Shown here one piece after another: positions 8,645-15,435 of a DNA stretch of 24,000 bases (positions are counted from its first letter, which is position 1; each line of letters begins with the position of its first letter). The translations under genes and the position numbers were made by a program. Origin of the DNA: Chloroflexota bacterium (lineage in GTDB: Bacteria; Chloroflexota; Dehalococcoidia; Lucifugimonadales; UBA2962); contig PAAV01000050.1 in assembly GCA_002699485.1 (NCBI GenBank), positions 8,990-32,989 of the forward strand, read 5' to 3'. Below the pieces are notes generated by a model. The model was given only the letters and a program-made list of their open reading frames with translations. It was not told where the DNA came from and did not search any database.

Positions 8645-9709
8645 TTATTTTACTACTAGCTGGCCCTGGTTATAAGCTTTTATGTAATTCATACAAAATT
8701 CATCTTCACCTAAAAGCATATCTCGTGCGAATCGATGCGGTTCCAAATCTAGATTTAAAGATGAAGCTTTCATTAAATTAGTTTGTATGGGATCTACAAT
8801 CCCGCTATTAGCACCCACATCTAAAGAAAGCTTTATAAATGTCTCATTAATGATCTTTCGCATTGGGAGCCCAAATGAGACATTACTAAGCCCACCGGTA
8901 ATTTTAATGGCGTCACCTTTTTCTTCTCTCAGCATCTTAACAGCATTTAAATAATCCGTTCCAAAAGAACTGTCGACAGAAATCGGAAATACTAAAAGGT
9001 CTACAAATATATCTTCTTCTTTTATCCCTCTGCGCTCAGCCTCTTCCAATAACCTTAAAACATTTTCTACCCTTTCAATGTCATTTGTCGGCATACTCGA
9101 CTCACCAGAAGCTGTAATTATGGTTTTTGTATCATATTTTTCTACAAGGTCAAATGTCTCGAGTCTTTCTAGTGCAACTGAATTTATTAAGGTCTTATCC
9201 CGAGAAGAATCTATCTCTGCAAGCCCAGCAGCAATAATTTCAGAATTAGAAGAGTCAACACTTATGGGTACGGTAGAGACTTCCTGCACTGCGTTTACAA
9301 GCCACCGCATAGCTTCTTTTTGTATGTCTAGTTTGTACGATACTTCATCGACATTTACATCAAGAAAGTCAGCCCCAGCACTTATCTGACGCAAGGCTTC
9401 ACTCTGAACAAAAGAGGCGCTTTCACGTTGTGTTTTTTTATCTCCATTAATAGCTTCTAAAACCACTATCATGAAATGTTTTATTTGACCTTGCTCGTAG
9501 GGCTGTGTTTTCTTGAACCAATCAGGAACAGAGATATTATTTTGGTTGCCTTCGCTATCCACATACAGAATTATCTCTTCACCATTTTGTAAGGTTTTAT
9601 GCCTTTTACCATCACGCAAAACAATCCTGGTGGTATGAATGTTCTCCCCGATAATTACAAATTTTTCCATTTCAGACAAAGCTGATTTAACCACCTTTTG
9701 TCCATTCAC
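8645..9709 (-). CDS. Pterin-binding methyltransferase (methyl-corrinoid:tetrahydrofolate, MetH pterin domain/AcsE/MtgA-like)
   Basis: Motifs IIGENIHTTR near the N-terminus and TGGLSNVSFGLP match the pterin-binding (DHPS-like) barrel of MetH/AcsE. The start is uncertain. The track start is GTG 9709, which overlaps the upstream gene by 23 nt. TTG 9679 or ATG 9670 (MEKFVIIGENIH) are more family-typical. Confidence 0.85.
   Translation of the reverse strand: MNGQKVVKSALSEMEKFVIIGENIHTTRIVLRDGKRHKTLQNGEEIILYVDSEGNQNNISVPDWFKKTQPYEQGQIKHFMIVVLEAINGDKKTQRESASFVQSEALRQISAGADFLDVNVDEVSYKLDIQKEAMRWLVNAVQEVSTVPISVDSSNSEIIAAGLAEIDSSRDKTLINSVALERLETFDLVEKYDTKTIITASGESSMPTNDIERVENVLRLLEEAERRGIKEEDIFVDLLVFPISVDSSFGTDYLNAVKMLREEKGDAIKITGGLSNVSFGLPMRKIINETFIKLSLDVGANSGIVDPIQTNLMKASSLNLDLEPHRFARDMLLGEDEFCMNYIKAYNQGQLVVK
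9662..9680 (-). repeat. Copy A of a 19-nt exact direct repeat (minus-strand reading TTTGTCTGAAATGGAAAAA) at the 5' end of the pterin-binding methyltransferase gene
   Basis: The plus-strand string tttttccatttcagacaaa is identical to 10701-10719. It encodes (L/M)SEMEK and contains both TTG and ATG start candidates. Confidence 0.9.
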
Positions 9710-10718
9710 GGACTGCTTTGGGTATTTCCATAAGGTTTTCTAGTCGTGTAGCTAAAGGAATAGCGCATTCAGGAGCTATCATATCTACTCCGGCTTCCAG
9801 ACATTTGTTAACTTCATTTCTAACTTCTTCAGGACCCTTAGAATACAGTGTGACCGGGTTATTTATATTGCCAACAAGTCCAATTTTTCCTTCAGCAATT
9901 TTCACCGCCTCAGCAGGATCATTTTTTGAATCAAAATGGAAGCTAGCCATGCCACTCTGGCCGATATAATCTAATCTGTCTAATGTATAGCCACAAATAT
10001 GTAATATCAATGGCACATTCAACCTCTCAGCCATTTCTTGATGAAGTTCTAAAAGAAACCTTTTGTAATATTCTCCAGAAACGAGATCTCCTGTTGCGTG
10101 GTCTGGAAACGTTAAAACATCAGCACCTGCTGCAATCTGAGCCAAACCAAACATCACTGATATCTCTTTAAGTTTATCCAATGCACGTTTAGTCATTTCA
10201 GGATCATCTATGCTCATTAGCAAAAATTTTTCAACCCCGAAAACATGGTACGCGAGAGTCCAAGGTCCCATCGTCTTGCCAACAATCGCGACTTCTTTTT
10301 TAAAGTTCTGCGCCAATATTTCAATTGATCTAATAATAGTTGAGGTATCTTGATGTTCTAAGAATCCTGGAGGTATCTTCACATCTTCAGGAGTGTCCCA
10401 AATTGGCTTACTCATGCGTACAGTCGGCCAATTATCTTTCTGTTCCCATTGCATTTCACAGCCAAGCGCCGAAGATTCTTGTATTATCGAAAAATATGGT
10501 GATATAGAGTCAAATCCTAATTCAGTGTATCCGGTCGCAGCAAGGCTAGCATTCAACTCAGGATTTCTATTCGCTTCAGGGAAGGGTGCATCCACCAAAT
10601 CCATTAGCTCGACAGTGGCTATATTTGTCGGATTACATACTGGAGTCCGATCAACTTTTTCCCCAGATAAAGCTGCCAAGACTCGATCACGGGAGTTCAT
10701 TTTTTCCATTTCAGACAA
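9687..10718 (-). CDS. UroD-superfamily, MtaA/MtbA/CmuA-like zinc methyltransferase (paralog 1)
   Basis: 343 aa of URO-D-like TIM barrel. It has a His-x-Cys (LILHICGYT) and a second Cys 76 residues later (IAPECAIPL), the zinc-ligand arrangement described for MtaA/MtbA-type corrinoid methyltransferases. Start candidates are TTG 10718 (AAGGA SD 7 nt upstream), ATG 10709 and ATG 10700. Confidence 0.85.
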   Translation of the reverse strand: MSEMEKMNSRDRVLAALSGEKVDRTPVCNPTNIATVELMDLVDAPFPEANRNPELNASLAATGYTELGFDSISPYFSIIQESSALGCEMQWEQKDNWPTVRMSKPIWDTPEDVKIPPGFLEHQDTSTIIRSIEILAQNFKKEVAIVGKTMGPWTLAYHVFGVEKFLLMSIDDPEMTKRALDKLKEISVMFGLAQIAAGADVLTFPDHATGDLVSGEYYKRFLLELHQEMAERLNVPLILHICGYTLDRLDYIGQSGMASFHFDSKNDPAEAVKIAEGKIGLVGNINNPVTLYSKGPEEVRNEVNKCLEAGVDMIAPECAIPLATRLENLMEIPKAVREWTKGG

Positions 10719-10719
10719 A
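10701..10719 (-). repeat. Copy B of the 19-nt exact direct repeat at the 5' end of UroD-family methyltransferase paralog 1
   Basis: Identical 19-mer to 9662-9680, in the same reading frame relative to the start candidates (TTG TCT GAA ATG GAA AAA). Confidence 0.9.
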
Positions 10720-10777
10720 ATATTTTCCTTATTAATGTCGACACGTTACAAGTTTATTGTTTTTTATCATCAACTTA

Positions 10778-11824
10778 TTAATTATTTCTACCATTGATGT
10801 AAACACTTTTGGGATTTGCGTCACTCCACGCTTTGACTGCTTTAGGTATTTCTAATATGTTTTCCAGTTTAGTTTGAAGAGGCAAGGCGCATTCAGGAGC
10901 AATCAAATCTACCCCTGCGTCTAAACACCTAGTTACCTCTTTACGAATCTCTTCCGAGCCTTTTGAAAACATTGTTATAGGACAATTTATGTTACCTACA
11001 AGTCGCATTCTGCCAGATGCTATATCCATGGCTTTTTGTGGATCATTTTTTGAATCAAAGTGAAAGCATGACATTCCAGTTTCACAAATGTAATCCAATC
11101 TATCTAACGTGTATCCACAAATATGTAAAATTAAAGGAACGGGCAACCGTTCGGCCATTTCAGCGTGCAAATCCTTTAAAAAAGTTTTGTAATAGTCTCC
11201 AGAAACCAAGTCTCCTGTAGCGTGATCAGGAAACATCAAAACATCCGCACCTGCTGCAATCTGAGCGAGGCCAAACATCACAGATATTTCTTTAAGTTTA
11301 TTTAATGCGATCTTGGTTAGCTCAGGGTCATCAATACTCATCAATAAAAAATTCTGGACTCCAAAAGTGTGATAACCGAGAGACCAAGGTCCCATAGTTT
11401 TACCAACGATACAAGCTTCAGCACCTATTTCCGTTTTAAGGATTTCTGTTGCTTTCAACACACATAATGTATCTGGATGCTCTAAAAACCCCGGGGGTAT
11501 TTTAATCTGATCAGGATGGTCCCAGATTGGCCTGCTCATTACGACCGTGGGCCAATTATCTTTCTGTTCCCATTGAATTTCACAGCCCAATGCAGAGGAT
11601 TCCTGGACAATCGTGTAATGGTGGTAAGTAGAATCAAATCCAAGCTCATTAAACCCAGTTGCTGCTAAACGAGCATTTAATTCTGCATCCCTACATGCGT
11701 CAGGAAAAGAAGCATTCACAAAATCCATTAGCTCCACGGTCATTATTGATCCAGGATTAATGACTGCGGGCCTATCTACAGGATCCCCTTTTAATGCTGC
11801 TAATACTCTCTCTCTTGAATTCAT
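10778..11824 (-). CDS. UroD-superfamily, MtaA/MtbA/CmuA-like zinc methyltransferase (paralog 2)
   Basis: 348 aa, collinear with paralog 1 and roughly two-thirds identical by eye. It has the same HICGYT and APECALPL motifs and long identical peptides (KLKEISVMFGLAQIAAGADVL, FPDHATGDLVSG, QESSALGCE, WEQKDNWPTV). Confidence 0.85.
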   Translation of the reverse strand: MNSRERVLAALKGDPVDRPAVINPGSIMTVELMDFVNASFPDACRDAELNARLAATGFNELGFDSTYHHYTIVQESSALGCEIQWEQKDNWPTVVMSRPIWDHPDQIKIPPGFLEHPDTLCVLKATEILKTEIGAEACIVGKTMGPWSLGYHTFGVQNFLLMSIDDPELTKIALNKLKEISVMFGLAQIAAGADVLMFPDHATGDLVSGDYYKTFLKDLHAEMAERLPVPLILHICGYTLDRLDYICETGMSCFHFDSKNDPQKAMDIASGRMRLVGNINCPITMFSKGSEEIRKEVTRCLDAGVDLIAPECALPLQTKLENILEIPKAVKAWSDANPKSVYINGRNN

Positions 11825-11839
11825 TTAAATCAATCTCTC

Positions 11840-12505
11840 TTACTGAGAGAACCCTAATGTTCCTGTAGTCATTTGACCCCGGGATTCATCCGACTCAAGC
11901 ATATCTTCCGTGCCGCTCACGTTACGGGCATAAGGCAGTACACTTCTGACTAGTTGATCATAACGACTGGAACATGGAAATTTTAACTCTGTATCGCCAA
12001 TCTTTTCCATCTCTCCGTATCGAACTAAACCAGCTACGGTTGCTCTAATCCTCAGTTGCGGCCTTTCAGCTTCTCCTTCACCCCCAACCGTGTAAATCCA
12101 AGTACCATTTTCTTCCCTAGGAGTTGCAAACAAAACCATGTCACTCTTTAAATCCTTCACTTCGATTCTTCCATCAGGTATTGGGATCAGTGGAGATTTT
12201 TCAACTGCATTTCTAGCAATGAATTTAAACGCGCGTGGATAAACAGTTCCTCCAGGGAAATAAAATTCGTGAGGGTTATCTTTTGATATAGCCAAATCCC
12301 CGAATCCCACAATGCGATTCCGAATTTCTTCTAACCTTTCAGAAACATCCTTGCCTTCCTTAAAACTCCATACCGTTACTACCCCGTCCTTTTCATAAAA
12401 ACCGACAGACATTTCATCACCATAAGGGTCGATTGAAATTAATTCTAAACATCTGCCAAGCCTGGCAAGAATTTGACTCACAGATTCTTTAGTATTTGAT
12501 GCCAT
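11840..12505 (-). CDS. Hypothetical protein (221 aa), no family recognised
   Basis: Long ORF in the operon frame, 12 nt downstream of the Hcy-methyltransferase stop and 15 nt upstream of UroD paralog 2. It looks soluble, with no hydrophobic segments, and I see no cofactor motifs. Confidence 0.6.
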   Translation of the reverse strand: MASNTKESVSQILARLGRCLELISIDPYGDEMSVGFYEKDGVVTVWSFKEGKDVSERLEEIRNRIVGFGDLAISKDNPHEFYFPGGTVYPRAFKFIARNAVEKSPLIPIPDGRIEVKDLKSDMVLFATPREENGTWIYTVGGEGEAERPQLRIRATVAGLVRYGEMEKIGDTELKFPCSSRYDQLVRSVLPYARNVSGTEDMLESDESRGQMTTGTLGFSQ

Positions 12506-12517
12506 TTAGTTCCCCTT

Positions 12518-13417
12518 TTACTCGTTAATCAAACTAGCAATTTGTTTAATATGATCAGGCGTCGTTCCACAACATCCGCCCACAATATTGATCCCCATAT
12601 CTATTAACTTAGAGAATCCCTCTGACATGTAATCTGGAGTTTCTGGATATATGATTTGCCCTTGACGTATCTCTGGAATTCCTGCATTTGAATTAATCCA
12701 TACATACCCTTCTCCGCATTCTCTAAACCTTTTTGCTAATTCAGACATAATTTCTATACCATTACCGCAATTCGCCCCTACTATATCAGCATCAGCCGCG
12801 AATAATTCAGTGAAACATTTTTCTGGTGTATCACCCATCATTGTGAAAAAACCACGAGGACCCTTATCAAATGTAGTTAGTGCCGCTACCGGAAGGTCTG
12901 TGTTTTCTTTTGTTGCACTAATTGCTATCTTAGCTTCTTCCAAAGAAATCATTGTTTCAATAATGATTCCATCTACCCCACCTTTTGCTAATGCTAATAT
13001 TTGCTGTTTGAACGCAGCATATATATCTTTAGCGCTAGTTGTCCCAACCGGTTCAATCAATTCACCTGTTGGGCCAACAGAACCAAACACATATCTTTCC
13101 TTTTTACCTAAGTTGGGGTTGAGACTCGCGGATTTAGCTAACTGAGCTGCTTGAAAATTAATCTCATCAATTTTGGCTCCTTGATCATATCGACTTTGAA
13201 CATAAAAATTGCCTCCAAAAGAATTCGTTTGAACCAAGTCGCTTCCCGCTTCAAAATAATCCTTCGCCATTCCTTTTACAACATTTGCGTCTGTTATATT
13301 CATTAGTTCGGGGTCGCCGCCGGGCTCCAAACCTCTTGCCTGCAAATATGTACCAGTAGCGCCATCAGCCAATAAAGTGTTTTTATTTGCCAGTTTAGAA
13401 AGAATTTCCATTAACAA
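12518..13417 (-). CDS. Homocysteine S-methyltransferase domain protein (MetH N-terminal module/BHMT/MmuM family)
   Basis: 299 aa. N-terminal LLADGATGTYL, plus zinc-ligand Cys motifs GANCGNG and VGGCCGTTPDHI, exactly as in the Hcy-binding barrel of MetH. Confidence 0.88.
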   Translation of the reverse strand: MLMEILSKLANKNTLLADGATGTYLQARGLEPGGDPELMNITDANVVKGMAKDYFEAGSDLVQTNSFGGNFYVQSRYDQGAKIDEINFQAAQLAKSASLNPNLGKKERYVFGSVGPTGELIEPVGTTSAKDIYAAFKQQILALAKGGVDGIIIETMISLEEAKIAISATKENTDLPVAALTTFDKGPRGFFTMMGDTPEKCFTELFAADADIVGANCGNGIEIMSELAKRFRECGEGYVWINSNAGIPEIRQGQIIYPETPDYMSEGFSKLIDMGINIVGGCCGTTPDHIKQIASLINE

Positions 13418-13441
13418 AAACCTCTTATTAAAATTATTGAG

Positions 13442-13786
13442 TTAGGATTCAAACCAATGATCAATGGATCCTGGCCGAGTATCTCTTTTTTCTTCTCTAT
13501 GTAAATCCCGTAGTCTGGAAACTAAATCAACAGGAAACCCAGTATTGTAGTGTTCTGACATTCTCTTTGCTGAGCCTCTGGCATCTCCTTCAACTTCTAC
13601 TTGCTCGCTCCATTGCCATCCATCCAAATAATCATCTGTGCCATATGAACCTTCAAGCATTGCTAATGCGTCAACTGCCTCTTGAAAACGCGGATCAAGT
13701 AAAACAGATGTTTTCCCAGAATCATCTTCTGTTTGGATTTGTATCGGTATCTCTTTCCAATACAAAATTCGCATTTTAGTATTCAT
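13442..13786 (-). CDS. Small conserved protein resembling the Pfam 'Virulence_fact' family (function unknown)
   Basis: 114 aa. N-terminal RILYWKEIPIQIQ and central GSYGTDDYLDGW resemble, from memory, the YWRDIPAQV ... GTD.YLEGW pattern of that family. It is the first gene of the minus-strand block. An alternative start is ATG 13774. Confidence 0.5.
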   Translation of the reverse strand: MNTKMRILYWKEIPIQIQTEDDSGKTSVLLDPRFQEAVDALAMLEGSYGTDDYLDGWQWSEQVEVEGDARGSAKRMSEHYNTGFPVDLVSRLRDLHREEKRDTRPGSIDHWFES

Positions 13787-13974
13787 AATTATTAAACCAA
13801 TGATAACATCGGGTATTAGAATTTAACCTGCTTTAATATGGTTAATTGAAAGTTCAATTGTATGTGTTTAGCTTATGATTAGAAATAGCGGATTTTATAA
13901 TATCAGATTCTTCATTCTCCATAATTTTGTCCGGGTATAGTTCTTATGATATGTGAAGATTCCAGCTATGCGTC
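13787..13974. promoter_or_regulatory. AT-rich divergent intergenic region between the corrinoid block (minus) and the amidase (plus); presumed promoters, with palindrome AATTGAA-AG-TTCAATT at 13844-13859
   Basis: This is the largest non-coding gap adjoining the 12-gene block, and the genes diverge from it. A perfect 7-2-7 inverted repeat is visible. I could not pin down confident -35/-10 hexamers. Confidence 0.4.
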
Positions 13975-15435
13975 ATGTCAGGTTTTTTCCGATTGAGCAA
14001 ACTATCATCCGACCAAAATTTAGCATTTGAGCCAGCAGTTAATCTGATTTCTATGCTTAGGAAAAAAGAATTCTCTTCGGTGGAATTAACACGCCTTTTC
14101 CTAGAGAGAATTGAAAAGTTCGATAATAAGCTCCATTCTTATTTAACAGTTGACGCTGAAAATGCGCTGTCTGTAGCAACTAAAGCTGATAAACGGCTGA
14201 TGTCTGGTAATGTTGTAGGACCTCTTGATGGCTTACCGATATCCATAAAAGATTTAGAGATTACAGCAGGACTAAAAACCACAGGCGGGTCTCAAATATT
14301 TAAAGATAGAGTGCCTAAAGAAGATTCAGTTGTAGTAGAACGAATCAAAGATGCTGGAGCCGTGATCCTGGGAAAGACAAATACTCCTGAGTTTGGACTA
14401 CTTGGTGTGACGTCCAACTTACTAGGAGAACATTGTCGAAATCCATGGAATATTACAAAAACCTCAGGGGGTTCTTCAGGTGGAGCTGCTTCAGCATTAG
14501 CTGCAGGGCTATGCCCAGTATCAATTGGAGGAGACGGCGGAGGGTCTATTAGAATACCGAGTAGTTTTTGTGGTGTATTTGGCTTAAAACCGACTCAAGG
14601 AAGAGTTCCAAAGTATGGCGGTGCTGGGCTGCCAATAGCAGCGAACCACCTATCACAAACAGGGCCAATTAGTAGGAGCGTATCCGATTCAGCTTTGATT
14701 ATGCAAATAATATCAGGGTTTGATGCGCGTGATCCCTCAGGTTTTATCGACGAAATAACCCATGACACTTTCAGTCCAACTAGTACCGTCAATGGACTTA
14801 GGATCGGCTGGAGCTCTGACCTGGGTTTTGCTGCCGTTGATAGCGAGGTTTTAAACATATGCCAAGAAGCAACTACTTCACTGAAAAATGCAGGCTGTGA
14901 AATTGATAATGCAGATATTGTGTTGAATGAACCTTTTGGGCCTTTTAGAACTCTGTTCTCAGCTATGGCTTATACTGCTTACAGTCAGTTATTAGAAAAC
15001 TATCCTGATCAGCTTACCGACTACGCTGCTAATTGTATTGAAAATGGTGCTTCTGTAACCGGAGCAGAATACGCTGCTGCCCTAGGACATGTAGATCAAA
15101 TTAAATCGATATTTAACTCCGCTTTCGAGCAATTTGATGTAATAGTCACTCCAACCCTCGCGGTTGAAGCATTCGATGCATTAGGACCGTTGGAAACCAT
15201 AAATGAAATAGATGGACGTGAAGTCGATCCTTGGTGGGGGTACTTTCCATTCACTTTTCCAATAAACTTAGCTGGTTTACCAGCAGCGTCTGTACCTGCA
15301 GGGTTCAGTAAAAACAAGCTTCCAATAGGACTGCAGATAATTGGACGTCCTCGAGATGAAAAGACTGTTTTAAGTATCTCGGCTGCTCTAGAAAAAATAA
15401 GCCCTTGGGCCGATATTAAACCATCCTTAAGTTAA
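13975..15435 (+). CDS. Amidase-signature family amidase (non-GatA paralog)
   Basis: 486 aa with GGSSGGAASALAAG and GGDGGGSIRIPSSFCGVFGLKPTQGRVP, the amidase signature with a Ser-cisSer-Lys type core. It is divergent from the corrinoid block. Confidence 0.88.
   Translation: MSGFFRLSKLSSDQNLAFEPAVNLISMLRKKEFSSVELTRLFLERIEKFDNKLHSYLTVDAENALSVATKADKRLMSGNVVGPLDGLPISIKDLEITAGLKTTGGSQIFKDRVPKEDSVVVERIKDAGAVILGKTNTPEFGLLGVTSNLLGEHCRNPWNITKTSGGSSGGAASALAAGLCPVSIGGDGGGSIRIPSSFCGVFGLKPTQGRVPKYGGAGLPIAANHLSQTGPISRSVSDSALIMQIISGFDARDPSGFIDEITHDTFSPTSTVNGLRIGWSSDLGFAAVDSEVLNICQEATTSLKNAGCEIDNADIVLNEPFGPFRTLFSAMAYTAYSQLLENYPDQLTDYAANCIENGASVTGAEYAAALGHVDQIKSIFNSAFEQFDVIVTPTLAVEAFDALGPLETINEIDGREVDPWWGYFPFTFPINLAGLPAASVPAGFSKNKLPIGLQIIGRPRDEKTVLSISAALEKISPWADIKPSLS

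Noticed and set aside
10719-10777. 8-nt palindrome TGTCGACA in the spacer between the two UroD paralogs, as a possible internal operator or terminator.
   Set aside because: It is too short, has no flanking T-run or extended stem, and is expected by chance.
8645-13417. Looked for an MttB/MtmB/MtbB-type methylamine methyltransferase, possibly with an in-frame TAG (pyrrolysine).
   Set aside because: No ORF in the block has the size (about 450-500 aa) or motifs of these families. No long reading frame is interrupted by a single TAG.
13787-13974. Looked for a cobalamin, SAM or THF riboswitch upstream of the B12/methionine-related block.
   Set aside because: The region is very AT-rich and lacks the GC-rich conserved cores and multi-stem potential expected. 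I cannot exclude one without a covariance-model scan.
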